Of a stretch of DNA of 64,000 bases, positions 8,759-19,165 are shown in pieces; position 1 is the stretch's first letter, and the number at the start of each line of letters is the position of its first letter. The position numbers and the translations under genes were made by a program. Below the pieces are notes generated by a model, which did not search any database, was not told the DNA's origin, and saw only the letters and a list, made by a program, of their open reading frames with translations. The DNA comes from Limosilactobacillus gorillae. GTDB lineage: Bacteria; Pseudomonadota; Alphaproteobacteria; CAAGCB01; CAG-977. The DNA lies in contig CAVCSV010000005.1 in the NCBI GenBank assembly GCA_963604715.1, positions 1,516-65,515 on the forward strand, written 5' to 3'.

Positions 8759-11700
8759 TCAGGCTTCTTTGTTGAAAACACGCGACAACGTCATATACAG
8801 ACGCCCCGCCTCCGATCCCAGCAGAACGGCGGTCAGCACGTCGGCGCGTTCGTTTTCCTGCGCGCGGGACAGAACGCCTTCGAACGTGCCCATATATTGA
8901 GTGATATAGCCGCGGAATTCGGCGTCCGAAGCGAATTGTTCGCTGATTTTGCGCATTTGGTTTTTGTCGATTGCGCGGGACAGATAGCGGACAAAAGCGC
9001 TTTTATCGCCCGAATAGTAGCGTTTCCACAGGTCTTCTTCGACGTTCGGGGCGAACAGGCGCGTCATGTCAACGCCCAAAGACTGCAAACGTTCGATGAT
9101 GACGGCGGCGTCTTTCATAAAGCGGTCGGTGTCGGCTTCTTCCTTACGTTTGTTCAGGGCGGCGATGTATTCCTCCGCCGAACGGGACGCGGAAATCAGC
9201 GATTGAACCTGACGGTTGAACGCGCCGCCCAGCTTCAGCGACTGCGCCGAAATTTTTTCGCCCGATTCCTGAATTTCTTTGGCGTTGTCGCGCAAAACCG
9301 TCAGCAGGTTCTGCAAGCGGGCAAGCGCTTCGTCCGAAGCGGTCGACAGCACGTCCGACTGGTCGATGAACTGTTCGCCCGATTTGCGGACTTCGGCGGC
9401 GATGCGTTCGGAATTGCCCGCGACTTCGCTGATCATGGCGCGCAGACGCTGTCCCGCCAAATCGATTTGAACGACGCCTTTGTTGGACATTTCTTCGAAT
9501 TCTTTGCCGATTTGGTGGACGGTATCGCTCAAGCGGCGGACGCGGGCGTCGGCGTCCTGCGCCGTTTTGTCAAAGTCCGAAGCGCGTTCGCGCAAAACGA
9601 CGCCGCAGTTTTTGACGGCTTTCTGCGATTCTTCGGACAGACGCGAAATCTGGTGCGCTTGAACAAGGAACGTATCGCCCGATTTTTCCAGTTCGCCGCG
9701 CGCGATGACGGATGCCGCCTGCAGCCGTTGGGTTTTGGTTTCGAATTCGTCGCCCGCCGCTTTCAATCCGTCCAAAACCTGCTGAGCAAGCTGCGACAGC
9801 AAATCGGTTTTTTCCTGCAGCATTTGAGCGGTGGCGGCGGAACGCTTGACGGTTTCGTCGGCGGCTTTTTGCGCTTCGTCGTTGCGCTGGCGCAGGTTTT
9901 CGCCCGTGGCTTCCAATTCAAAGCCGATTCGCGACGACGCGGTCAGCAAATCGGTCGTGTTTTGGCGCACGGCTTCGTTGATGTCGCGCAAATGCCGCAT
10001 GACGTCCTGCGCCGCCGCGTTCAAAGCGTCCGTTTGATTGCTCAAAGAGGCTTCGCCCAAGCGGGACTGGGTCGCAATCATATTGGCGACGTCGCCCAAA
10101 TCGACGATGTGCCGCTGCATGGAATCGCGAACCATCATGGCTTGCTGCGTCGATTTCGCGGATTGCTGCTGCAAGCTGTCCGTTTGGGCGGCGATTTCAG
10201 CTTTCAAAGCCTCCATACGTTGTGTCAAAGCGTCGGCGGCTGTCGAAAAATCGGTTTGTCCGCGGCTGATTTGCGCCAAAGAATCGCCGTTTTGCACGCC
10301 GAAATCCTTTATCAAAGCGGTAAAAGCCGTGATTTTTTCGGCAAAGTCCGCCGCCGAATCGGACAGGTGCTTTTGCGCCTGTTCCGTTAGTTCCGCCAGA
10401 TTTTCCGATTGCTTCGTCAGCGATTCGCCGACGGTTTCCAAGTGTGCGACCGTCAAATCGGACGCGTTGGCCAGTTCTTTGGTTTGGACGTTCAATCCTT
10501 CCTCTATCAAGCGGATGCGCGACACCAGACGTTCCAAATCGTTGTCCGCCTGTTCGGATTGTTCACGCAGCAAAGCGGCGACTTTGCCCGTCTGTTCGGA
10601 CAGTTTGTCGGAAGCGTCTGACAGGGTTTGGCTCTGTTTGGCAAACAAAGTATCGATTTTTTGCGTTTTTTCGGACAGGTCGTCCGCCGTGCTCGCCGCC
10701 GTTTCCAACAGCTTGCGCGCGTCGCCGTCCAGCTTGCGGAATTGTTCGTCCAGCTGGGAAACGGCTTTTTCCGCGCGGTTTTTCAACAAATCCGCGGACA
10801 CGTCCATTTGCGTCGTTCTGCGCGTGATTTCGGCGGAAACTTCCTCGGTATAGCCCGCGACGCGCCGCGCAGAAGCGTCCAGCATGTCTTTGTGCGCGCT
10901 CAGCGTTTCGGACAAATCCGCATTGACGGCGGCGGTTTGTTTCGACGCGGAGTCGAACGCTTGAATTCTGTTGCCCAGCGTGATTTCCAGTTCGGCGAAC
11001 TTGTCCGCCGCCGCGCCCGATTTCACCAGCATATCGCGCATGTTTTCGGTCAAAGCCGCAACCGTTTCCGCACAGCGTTTTTCAAGCAGTTCGGCGATTT
11101 GCGTCAAGTCTTCGGACTGTTGTTTCAGGCTGTTTTTGGTTTCTTCGACGCGCGCGGCGGCGGCGGAGATGTATTTTTGCTGCTGGGTCAGCGACGTTTC
11201 GCTGACCAAAGCCTGCGACACCAGCGCGCTGCTTAAATCGGACAGCTCCGCGGAATGTTTCAGCAGGCGCGCGCAGACGGAATCGGCGCGTTCGTCGGTT
11301 TGGGCGACGGTCTTGTCCAAAACGGAAATGCCGGATTCAAAGCCTTCTTTCATCTTATCCAGACGTTCGTTGGCGGAATCCAAAGCCGAAGTCAGCCGCG
11401 CCGTTTGCACGTCCAGCGTTTCGGAAACGGTCTGCGTGTCGTTTTTCATGGTTTTCAAAGCGACGCTCAGCAGCTGCGTTTTCATATCGACGTCTTCGCC
11501 GACGGCGGTCAAACCGGCGCGCGCCGCGTCCGCCTGCGCCGTCAAACGTTCGGATTTGTCCGACAAAGCATCGGAAACGGCGGAAATTTTCGCAACGGCG
11601 GCATCGGTCGCCGCGCCGATTTCGGCAATGTAAGTGTCCAGCGTCGTTTCGACGGTTTTGAACCGCGCGACGGTTTTTTCGGCTTCGTTGTCCAAAGCGG

Positions 11701-12901
11701 CGTTTTGTTCGCCGAATTTGGCGGTCAGCTGAGCCGTCAGTTTGACCAAAGCTTCGTCTTTGGCGGTCAGAACGTCACTTTGGACGGTCAGGGCGTGTTC
11801 GATGTCCGCGACGCGGCTTTCCATCAAATCCGCCGATTTTTCCATATCGGTCAGCACGGTTTGCGCCGTTTTTTGCAACGCCGCCGTTTGGTCGTCCAAA
11901 ACGACGCCCGCGGCGGTCATGTCGTCGCGCGTTTTGTCGCCCGCTTCGCGCAACAGGGACAGATGCGCTTGGATGTCCTGTTTCAAATCGACCGCCTGTT
12001 GCGCCAGTTTTGCGTGAACGTCGGCGGCGACGGCGGTCAAATCGGCGGCGTGTTTGCCGATTTCCAAAGCGGCGATGCCCGTTTGTTCGCTCAGCACGTC
12101 GCGCGCTTTTTCAGACGCGGCGCGCAGGACGGCGCTTTGTTCCCGCACGTCCGCAGTCAATCGGGACAGATTGTCGGACAAGGCATCGCCCGTTTGCCGC
12201 AAAGCCGCCTTTTCCGCGTTCAATTTTTCCCCCGCGGCGGTGACGGCGGCGTCGGTTTCGGCGGCGGCCGTTTGCAAAGCCGCCGCGTTTTCGCGCAACA
12301 GGGTCAAACTGTTGTCGGTTTGCAGTCGGGCGGAGGAGCACAGCCGTTCAAGCTCTTGGGCTTTTGCCGTTATGCATTCGGAACCGTCCGCCAGAATTTC
12401 GGCAAGCGTTTTCGACGCTTTTTCAATGTCCGCGGCATGCGCCGAAAACGTCGTTTCAGCCGAATCGGAACATTCTTTCAGTTTGGCGTAGACCGCGTTC
12501 AGGCTGTCGGTTTGCGTTTTCAGATTGTCCAGAACGCCCGACACGTACAGCTTGTTTTTCGCGCCGGGGTGCGTCAGTTCGGCGATGTAGCGGCGCAAAA
12601 CGTCGGCTTCGCGGACAAAGCGGCGCTCCGATGCGAAATAAGCCGCCGCAATCCAGATGAACGCGACGGGGCTCAACAGTCCCGCCAAGCAACTGAAGTA
12701 TTCGGGCGGGGTCATTTCGTAGCGCGCGCTCCACCACCCCGAAACGCCCAAAAAAGACCACGCCAGAACGCCCCACAGCAGGGTCAGCGCGCCCGCCGCG
12801 ATGACGGCGATGCGGTCTTTTGCCGATTTGGGGGGCAAAGTTTCCTGCGACAGCAACAGCGTTTCGTTTGTTTCGTTTTCCGAAGCCATGGTCTTTTCCA
12901 T
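8759..12901 (-). CDS. 1380-aa membrane-anchored coiled-coil protein (two N-terminal TM helices, about 1100-aa Ala/Glu/Gln-rich rod, conserved 150-aa C-terminal domain)
   Basis: Long ORF; N-terminal TM helices (IAVIAAGALTLLWGVLAWSFLGV, FSCLAGLLSPVAFIWIAAAYF); low-complexity coiled-coil; product unknown. Confidence 0.6.
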   Translation of the reverse strand: MEKTMASENETNETLLLSQETLPPKSAKDRIAVIAAGALTLLWGVLAWSFLGVSGWWSARYEMTPPEYFSCLAGLLSPVAFIWIAAAYFASERRFVREADVLRRYIAELTHPGAKNKLYVSGVLDNLKTQTDSLNAVYAKLKECSDSAETTFSAHAADIEKASKTLAEILADGSECITAKAQELERLCSSARLQTDNSLTLLRENAAALQTAAAETDAAVTAAGEKLNAEKAALRQTGDALSDNLSRLTADVREQSAVLRAASEKARDVLSEQTGIAALEIGKHAADLTAVAADVHAKLAQQAVDLKQDIQAHLSLLREAGDKTRDDMTAAGVVLDDQTAALQKTAQTVLTDMEKSADLMESRVADIEHALTVQSDVLTAKDEALVKLTAQLTAKFGEQNAALDNEAEKTVARFKTVETTLDTYIAEIGAATDAAVAKISAVSDALSDKSERLTAQADAARAGLTAVGEDVDMKTQLLSVALKTMKNDTQTVSETLDVQTARLTSALDSANERLDKMKEGFESGISVLDKTVAQTDERADSVCARLLKHSAELSDLSSALVSQALVSETSLTQQQKYISAAAARVEETKNSLKQQSEDLTQIAELLEKRCAETVAALTENMRDMLVKSGAAADKFAELEITLGNRIQAFDSASKQTAAVNADLSETLSAHKDMLDASARRVAGYTEEVSAEITRRTTQMDVSADLLKNRAEKAVSQLDEQFRKLDGDARKLLETAASTADDLSEKTQKIDTLFAKQSQTLSDASDKLSEQTGKVAALLREQSEQADNDLERLVSRIRLIEEGLNVQTKELANASDLTVAHLETVGESLTKQSENLAELTEQAQKHLSDSAADFAEKITAFTALIKDFGVQNGDSLAQISRGQTDFSTAADALTQRMEALKAEIAAQTDSLQQQSAKSTQQAMMVRDSMQRHIVDLGDVANMIATQSRLGEASLSNQTDALNAAAQDVMRHLRDINEAVRQNTTDLLTASSRIGFELEATGENLRQRNDEAQKAADETVKRSAATAQMLQEKTDLLSQLAQQVLDGLKAAGDEFETKTQRLQAASVIARGELEKSGDTFLVQAHQISRLSEESQKAVKNCGVVLRERASDFDKTAQDADARVRRLSDTVHQIGKEFEEMSNKGVVQIDLAGQRLRAMISEVAGNSERIAAEVRKSGEQFIDQSDVLSTASDEALARLQNLLTVLRDNAKEIQESGEKISAQSLKLGGAFNRQVQSLISASRSAEEYIAALNKRKEEADTDRFMKDAAVIIERLQSLGVDMTRLFAPNVEEDLWKRYYSGDKSAFVRYLSRAIDKNQMRKISEQFASDAEFRGYITQYMGTFEGVLSRAQENERADVLTAVLLGSEAGRLYMTLSRVFNKEA

Positions 12902-13036
12902 TCGTCAAGGGTGATTTTTTTATCCCTCAGAATTCCCCAAATTTGCCTTTTCGTCAAGGATTGTATTGACGTTTAAAGGCGATATGATTAAAAAAGTATC
13001 CAAAGGATAACCCTATCGGTCGGAGATTTTTACGAT

Positions 13037-16000
13037 ATGACGGAAAAAACAAAGCATTATCCCGACGTTTCGGCAAAGGCGGATTTTCCCGCGCTGGAAC
13101 GCGACATTCTGGATTATTGGCGCAAGGACGACACGTTCGCCAAATCCATTGCCAACCGCGACGCGGGGGCAAAGGGATCGAACGAATACGTTTTTTATGA
13201 CGGTCCTCCGTTTGCCAACGGTTTGCCCCACTACGGGCATTTGCTGACGGGATATGTCAAGGACATCGTTCCCCGCTATCAAACGATGCGCGGTCACCGC
13301 GTCGAACGCCGTTTCGGCTGGGACTGCCACGGTTTGCCCGCCGAAATGGATACGGAAAAATTCCTGGGCATTTCGGGGCGCGCCGCGATTTCCGCCTACG
13401 GCATCGGCAAATTCAACGAAACCTGCCGCGAACGCGTGCTGATGTACACCAACGAATGGAAACAGACGGTTACGCGCCAAGCCCGCTGGGTGTCGTTCGA
13501 CAACGACTATAAAACGATGGATTTGAACTATATGGAATCCATCATCTGGGCGTTCAAGGAACTGTACAAAAAGGGATTGATGTACGAGGGCGTGCGCATC
13601 CAGCCGTACAGCTGGGCGGCGGAAACCCCCGTTTCGAACTTTGAAACGCGCATGGACAACTGCTACCGCGAACGCGAAGACCCGTCCGTGACCGTGATGT
13701 TCCTGCTGAATCCGATTGAGGGCGAAACAAAACCCGTCAAAGCTTTGGCGTGGACGACGACCCCGTGGACTTTGCCGTCGAACTTGGCGCTGTGCGTGAA
13801 CAAGGAATTCGACTACGATTTCTACGAAGAAGACGGCGTGCAGTACGTTCTGGCTTCCGCTCTGGTCGGTCGCTACAAACGCGAACTTGCCAACGCGGTC
13901 AAAGTCAAAACGGTCAAGGGCGCGGAGCTGGTTGGACGCACTTATCAGCCGTTGTTCCCGTATTTCGAAGGCACGAAAAACGCGTTCCAAATCATTCAGG
14001 CGGACTACGTTTCGACCGAAGACGGCACGGGCATCGTTCACATCGCCCCCGGATTCGGCGAAGACGATATGATTGCCTGTCAGCCCTACAACATCCCTGT
14101 TGTCTGCCCCGTGGACGGCAAAGGCTGCTTTACCAAAGAAGTCCCCGATTACGAAGGCATGCAGGTTTTCGAAACCAACGAACCGATTATCAAACGCCTG
14201 AAAGCCGAAGGCAAGCTGGTGCGCAAGGAAATGTACAAGCACAACTACCCGCATTGCTGGCGCACGGACACCCCGCTGATTTACAAGGCGATTAACAGCT
14301 GGTTTGTCAAAGTCACGGCTTTCCGCGACAAAATGGTTGCGAACAACCAGACGATTAACTGGATTCCCGAACACATCAAAAACGGGGCGATGGGCATGTG
14401 GCTGGAAGGCGCGCGCGACTGGTCGATTTCGCGCAACCGTTTCTGGGGCGCGCCGATTCCCGTGTGGAAATCCGACGACCCGAAATATCCGCGCGTCGAC
14501 GTGTACGGTTCGATTGCCGAACTGGAAAAGGATTTCGGCGTGAAAGTCACCGACCTGCACCGTCCGTTCATCGACACTTTGGTTCGTCCGAACCCCGACG
14601 ATCCGACGGGCAAATCCATGATGCGCCGCGTCGAAGACGTTTTGGACTGCTGGTTCGAATCGGGTTCGATGCCGTTCGCGCAGGTGCATTACCCGTTCGA
14701 AAACAAAGACTGGTTCGAAAACCATTCGCCCGCGGATTTCATCGTCGAATATCTGGCGCAGACCCGCGGCTGGTTCTATACGTTAATGGTGATGAGCACC
14801 GCTTTGTTCGACCGCGCGCCGTTCAAAACGTGCCTGTGCCACGGGGTCGTGCTGGACGAAAACCAGCAAAAGCTGTCGAAGCGTTTGCGCAATTATCCCG
14901 ACCCGACGGACGTGTTCAATACGCTCGGCTCCGACGCTTTGCGGTGGTTCTTGGTGTCTTCGCCGATTTTGCGCGGCGGCAATCTGTCCATTGACCGCGA
15001 GGGCAAGGAAATCGCGAAATCGTCGCGCAAAGCGTTGATTCCGCTGTGGAACGCGTTCTACTTCTTTACCCTGTACGCGAACGCCGAGGGGTTGAAAGCC
15101 AAAGAACTGTACGCGCCGAAAGACATCCTTGACCGCTACATTCTGGCAAAAACGCGCGATTTGGTCAAAACGCTGACCGAAGAGCTGGACGCGTGCGACA
15201 TTGTCAGCGCGTGTTCCGCCGTTGCGGATTTCTTGGAAATCATGAACAACTGGTACATCCGCCGTTCGCGCGCGCGGTTCTGGGACGTTTCACAGGGCAC
15301 GGAAGCGTTCGACACGCTGTACACGGTTTTGGTTACGCTGTCCAAAGCGTTGGCGCCGCTGCTGCCGCTGACGTGCGAATACATCTACCGCGCGTTGACG
15401 GGCGGGGAAAGCGTCCATTTGACGGATTATCCCGATTACAACGCGTTTGCGGCGGACGACAAACTGGCGGCGGACATGGACTTTGTGCGCGCCGTGTGTT
15501 CGACCGCCAAAGCGATTCGCGAAGACCGCAAACTGCGCAACCGTCTGCCGCTGGCTTCGATGACCGTTGCGGGCGCGAAAGCCGACGCTTTGAACGCTTA
15601 CGCCGAATTGATTGAGGACGAAGTCAACGTCAAAAATCTGATTTTGGCGCAGGATGTTTCCGAACTGGCGAACCAAACGCTGTACATCATTACGCCGCTG
15701 GTCGGCAAACGGCTGGGTCGGTATATGAAAGACATCCTTGCCGCGTCCAAAACGACCGAATGGCGCAAAAACGCCGACGGCACGCTGTCGATTGCGGGAC
15801 AGACGCTGAACCCCGACGAATTCGAACTGCGTCTGGTGCTGAAAGACGGCAAAGCGGGACAGGCTTTGCCCGACAACACGGCGGTTGTTGTTCTGGATAC
15901 GGAAATCCGTCCCGAATTGGAACGCGAGGGCATTGCCCGCGACTTTGTGCGCGTTGTTCAGCAAAAACGCAAAGACAGCGGTTTCGACGTGTCCGACCGT

Positions 16001-16174
16001 ATCGAAGTGATGTACGATTCCGATTCTTCCATTATTCCGGAAGCGTTGAAAGAACACGCTGATTACATTGCCGAACAGGTCTTGGCGGTTAAATTCGCCG
16101 AACAGAAAGGTTTGGCGGGCGATGTCGGGGAAGTCGGCGACGGCAAAGTAACCTATACCGTCAAAAAAGCGTAA
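13037..16174 (+). CDS. ileS: isoleucine--tRNA ligase, type 2 (eukaryote-like)
   Basis: HYGH motif (PPFANGLPHYGHLLTG), GWDCHGLP, KMSKS variant KLSKRLRNYPDP; 1045 aa. Confidence 0.93.
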   Translation: MTEKTKHYPDVSAKADFPALERDILDYWRKDDTFAKSIANRDAGAKGSNEYVFYDGPPFANGLPHYGHLLTGYVKDIVPRYQTMRGHRVERRFGWDCHGLPAEMDTEKFLGISGRAAISAYGIGKFNETCRERVLMYTNEWKQTVTRQARWVSFDNDYKTMDLNYMESIIWAFKELYKKGLMYEGVRIQPYSWAAETPVSNFETRMDNCYREREDPSVTVMFLLNPIEGETKPVKALAWTTTPWTLPSNLALCVNKEFDYDFYEEDGVQYVLASALVGRYKRELANAVKVKTVKGAELVGRTYQPLFPYFEGTKNAFQIIQADYVSTEDGTGIVHIAPGFGEDDMIACQPYNIPVVCPVDGKGCFTKEVPDYEGMQVFETNEPIIKRLKAEGKLVRKEMYKHNYPHCWRTDTPLIYKAINSWFVKVTAFRDKMVANNQTINWIPEHIKNGAMGMWLEGARDWSISRNRFWGAPIPVWKSDDPKYPRVDVYGSIAELEKDFGVKVTDLHRPFIDTLVRPNPDDPTGKSMMRRVEDVLDCWFESGSMPFAQVHYPFENKDWFENHSPADFIVEYLAQTRGWFYTLMVMSTALFDRAPFKTCLCHGVVLDENQQKLSKRLRNYPDPTDVFNTLGSDALRWFLVSSPILRGGNLSIDREGKEIAKSSRKALIPLWNAFYFFTLYANAEGLKAKELYAPKDILDRYILAKTRDLVKTLTEELDACDIVSACSAVADFLEIMNNWYIRRSRARFWDVSQGTEAFDTLYTVLVTLSKALAPLLPLTCEYIYRALTGGESVHLTDYPDYNAFAADDKLAADMDFVRAVCSTAKAIREDRKLRNRLPLASMTVAGAKADALNAYAELIEDEVNVKNLILAQDVSELANQTLYIITPLVGKRLGRYMKDILAASKTTEWRKNADGTLSIAGQTLNPDEFELRLVLKDGKAGQALPDNTAVVVLDTEIRPELEREGIARDFVRVVQQKRKDSGFDVSDRIEVMYDSDSSIIPEALKEHADYIAEQVLAVKFAEQKGLAGDVGEVGDGKVTYTVKKA

Positions 16175-16188
16175 AGTCATAAACGAAA

Positions 16189-16222
16189 AGCCCCCTTGCC
16201 GCTGCGGCAGGGGGGCTTTTTG
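16189..16222 (+). terminator. Rho-independent terminator after ileS (GCCCCCTTGCCGC / GCGGCAGGGGGGC plus T-run)
   Basis: Long inverted repeat followed by TTTTT. Confidence 0.6.
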
Positions 16223-16297
16223 TATGAAAAATCAATAAAAAATAAACCAATTTTTGGCAAAATAGCGGCGATGTCATTTGTCGCAAGGGGATGGAAT

Positions 16298-18727
16298 ATG
16301 AAATTGACCCGTACCGCTTTGAAAGTTTTGACCGCCCGTTACCGCGCCGTGTTAATCCGTTGTCTGGCAGGCGTGCTGACCGTATCCGCCGCCCAAGCCC
16401 AGAGCTTGACCGACGGAACGCTGACCGAAAACAAGACGTTTGACGGCGGCAGCGGGACTTCCGTCAGTTCGGGATTGAACATTGACGGCGACAGTCAGTA
16501 TACGCTGACGTTGGACGGGACATGGACGTTCAAGGGCAGCAACGATTATGTTTTTTCGAATTTGAAAGAATTGAACGCGGCGCGTGTCGATATAGACGCG
16601 AATTTCAAAATTTCGAATTCGGAAGTGAATTTTACACAGCAGACGCAAATCAAAGCGGGCGCGACGCTGACTTTGGAATCCGTTACGGGCAGTTTTTACG
16701 ATATTTCCGCGGCGGGGACGCTGATTGTGGACGATGCCAGCAATATTACCCTGACAAACGCGCTGATGGTCGGCACAATCAAAAACGGCGGAACGATTAC
16801 GCTGGATACGTCCAACATCGCTTTTGATTTCAATACGGTGATTGATTCATACGACGACGACACAAACGGAACGCTGGTTGTAACAGGGGAAAAAGGGGCG
16901 ATATTTTCCAGCACGCTGACAAACAAACTGACGGTCACCACGGATTCGAAAGCGACGTTCAATACGACGTCAAACCTGCAAAGCGACACCCTTGCCATCA
17001 GCGGACAGCTGATTTTTACGGAAGAATCCTCGTCCTTTAACGCAAACAATTACAGCTGGAGCGGTACGGGCGTGGTTAAAATGGCAAACGGAATGACGTT
17101 TCAGGGGGATTTCGGTTCGGTCAGCGTTTCTTTAAACGGGGATGCCGCCGCAACGGGCGATATTGCAACGGGAAACGTATTCTTTTTGGGCGCAAACACG
17201 CTGGATTTGGGAAAACGGACTCTGACCGCGGATGAAATCATCGGTTATGATAATTCATCACAACCAAGCGTTGAAGCCTCAGGAGGGGTGGCAAGGAGCG
17301 GTGTCTCTACGGGGATTATCAAAATCACTTTGCCCGCGACGGGAAACACGTCGTCGATTTTGAATGCGGATGTATCAACGGTCACGATTGCGCTGGATTT
17401 GTCGGCTTTGCAAAAGAAAAAGGTGGAAAAATACATTCTTGTCGAAAAAGACAAAGAGTTGACCGATGTCTTTCTGGAGTACGACAGCAAAAAGTATGTG
17501 ATTTCGTATACCGGGTTTGAACGCAAGGACGCCAAAAATATCACCAGTCTGACCGAATTGACGACCGAGGGCGGCGGTACGGTTTACATCGGATTGAAAA
17601 TGGGGTCGGGCGAACAGGCGGTTGATGATTTGATTGACGGCGGCATTCCTGTTACGCCGGCGGATGAAATCGCGGGCGACATTATTGACGAACTGGACAA
17701 CGACGACATCAATGACGCGCTGGACAACGCGGATTTGAAAGACAAGAAAAACATCCTGCGCGAAGTCGGATTGGATACCGCCAACACGCATATTGCCGTT
17801 TCGGCGGCGCGCACGGTTTTGGACACGGTATCCGCCCGCTTGACGAACATTGCGGAAACGCCGCGCTACAGCCCGTACTATGAAAACATTCGGCATAACA
17901 AAACAAGAATGTACAAAGGACGCAACGGCGGCGACTATGTCGCGGGCAGGGCGAGCCTGTGGGTGCGCGGGCTGGTGAACAAAACGAACTTTGACGGCGA
18001 ACATGCTTTTGACGCGGATTCGACGGGTTTCGCCGCGGGGCTGGAGGGTTCCCCGTCAAACGATTGGAAAGTGGGCATCGGTTACGCCTACACGTCGACG
18101 GATGTCGATGCCGACAGGTCGAAAACGGATGCGAAAACAAACGCCGCTTTCCTGTACGCGCGCTACAAACCGGAAAGCTTTTACATCAACACCGTCGGAA
18201 CGTTCGGGCATACCGATTTCAAAGATACGACGAAAATTCTGAAGCTGAAATCCGACTATTCGACGGATACGGTTGCGGTGCAGGCTGTCACAGGCTATGA
18301 TTTCGGAACGTTTTCGCCCGAAATCGGCGCACGCTACACCGCCGTTCATCAGGACGATTACAAAACGGGACTGAATTTGAACGTCAAATCCAAAACAATG
18401 GAATACGCAACCGCAATCGCGGGATTCCGCGCGGGAATGACGCGATACCTGCGTTTGAACAGAAAAGTGGCAATCCGTTCCGAACTTAAAGCGCTGGCGA
18501 CTTACGACTGGTTGCGCGACGATGAAACGCGGCTGGTTGCAATGCCTGACAATTCGGCGACGTATGTGATGAAAGGCGAAGCTTTCGCCCGTTTCGGCGG
18601 CGAAGTCGGCGCGGACGTGTTCCTGACGTTCGGCGGCGCGGGCGAAATCGTGCTGACGTATGACGGCAAATTCAAAGAGGATTATCAGGACCATACGGGC
18701 ATGGTCAGTCTGAAAATCAATTTCTGA
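16298..18727 (+). CDS. classical (type Va) autotransporter with extended signal peptide, repetitive passenger and C-terminal beta-barrel translocator ending in F
   Basis: Signal peptide MKLTRTALKVLTARYRAVLIRCLAGVLTVSAAQAQ; Thr/Asn/Gly-rich passenger; about 280-aa C-terminal domain with alternating beta-strand pattern and terminal KINF. Start moved from 16196 (inside the ileS terminator) to ATG 16298, which has a Shine-Dalgarno. Confidence 0.75.
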   Translation: MKLTRTALKVLTARYRAVLIRCLAGVLTVSAAQAQSLTDGTLTENKTFDGGSGTSVSSGLNIDGDSQYTLTLDGTWTFKGSNDYVFSNLKELNAARVDIDANFKISNSEVNFTQQTQIKAGATLTLESVTGSFYDISAAGTLIVDDASNITLTNALMVGTIKNGGTITLDTSNIAFDFNTVIDSYDDDTNGTLVVTGEKGAIFSSTLTNKLTVTTDSKATFNTTSNLQSDTLAISGQLIFTEESSSFNANNYSWSGTGVVKMANGMTFQGDFGSVSVSLNGDAAATGDIATGNVFFLGANTLDLGKRTLTADEIIGYDNSSQPSVEASGGVARSGVSTGIIKITLPATGNTSSILNADVSTVTIALDLSALQKKKVEKYILVEKDKELTDVFLEYDSKKYVISYTGFERKDAKNITSLTELTTEGGGTVYIGLKMGSGEQAVDDLIDGGIPVTPADEIAGDIIDELDNDDINDALDNADLKDKKNILREVGLDTANTHIAVSAARTVLDTVSARLTNIAETPRYSPYYENIRHNKTRMYKGRNGGDYVAGRASLWVRGLVNKTNFDGEHAFDADSTGFAAGLEGSPSNDWKVGIGYAYTSTDVDADRSKTDAKTNAAFLYARYKPESFYINTVGTFGHTDFKDTTKILKLKSDYSTDTVAVQAVTGYDFGTFSPEIGARYTAVHQDDYKTGLNLNVKSKTMEYATAIAGFRAGMTRYLRLNRKVAIRSELKALATYDWLRDDETRLVAMPDNSATYVMKGEAFARFGGEVGADVFLTFGGAGEIVLTYDGKFKEDYQDHTGMVSLKINF

Positions 18728-18840
18728 CAAAGAAACGCTTTGTTTTTCGCAAAGGGCGGCGCGGCAATGTGCCGCCTGTGATTATTCCTTTGCTTTTTGA
18801 CGTGTTTTCTGCCACAAATAGACGTGCAAGGAGAAGCGGC

Positions 18841-19146
18841 ATGGCTGACGAAGACGATTATTCCAAACAAAGCTTTGAAAAAATCAAACAGATGTACGAC
18901 GAATTTCATCGCGCGCGTCTGCTGGAATATATCGAACTGGTCAATTCCCCCAAAAAACTGTTCTGGCTGAATTTCTTTTCGGGCTTGGCAAAAGGGTTGG
19001 GGCTGACCATCGGAACGGCGATTGTGCTGACTCTGCTGTTCAAAGCGATGCAGCATTTGATTTCCTTGAACATTCCGTATTTGACGGTGTGGATTTCCGA
19101 TTGGATCGGACAGGTTTCGACTTTGTTGAAAGCGACGGGCAAATAA
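18841..19146 (+). CDS. small membrane protein (DUF5665-like)
   Basis: 101 aa with one hydrophobic helix; AGGAGA Shine-Dalgarno before ATG 18841. Confidence 0.4.
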   Translation: MADEDDYSKQSFEKIKQMYDEFHRARLLEYIELVNSPKKLFWLNFFSGLAKGLGLTIGTAIVLTLLFKAMQHLISLNIPYLTVWISDWIGQVSTLLKATGK

Positions 19147-19165
19147 CCGTCCCGAGGGGGAAAAC

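Noticed and set aside
13013-14725. Long antisense ORFs inside real genes, listed in the ORF track: 13013..14725 (-), 8897..10390 (+), 11255..12976 (+), 1114..1890 (-), 2276..3337 (-), 4886..5617 (+), 15290..16180 (-), 20221..21450 (+), 22538..23683 (+), 35256..36653 (-), 36675..38174 (-), 41477..43327 (-), 46322..47596 (-), 47808..50765 (-), 51024..52715 (-), 52770..53960 (-), 59105..60556 (+), 62144..63883 (-)
   Set aside because: Each lies opposite a gene with strong family-level evidence (ileS, the coiled-coil gene, ctrA, fliI, virD4, pgk, mrcA, rne and others). Their translations are Arg/Gly/Pro-rich low-complexity typical of shadow ORFs in GC-rich coding DNA
16196-16297. ORF-track start of the autotransporter at 16196 (MPLRQGGFLYEKS...)
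   Set aside because: This N-terminal extension reads through the ileS terminator hairpin and T-run. The Shine-Dalgarno-preceded ATG at 16298 gives a proper signal peptide
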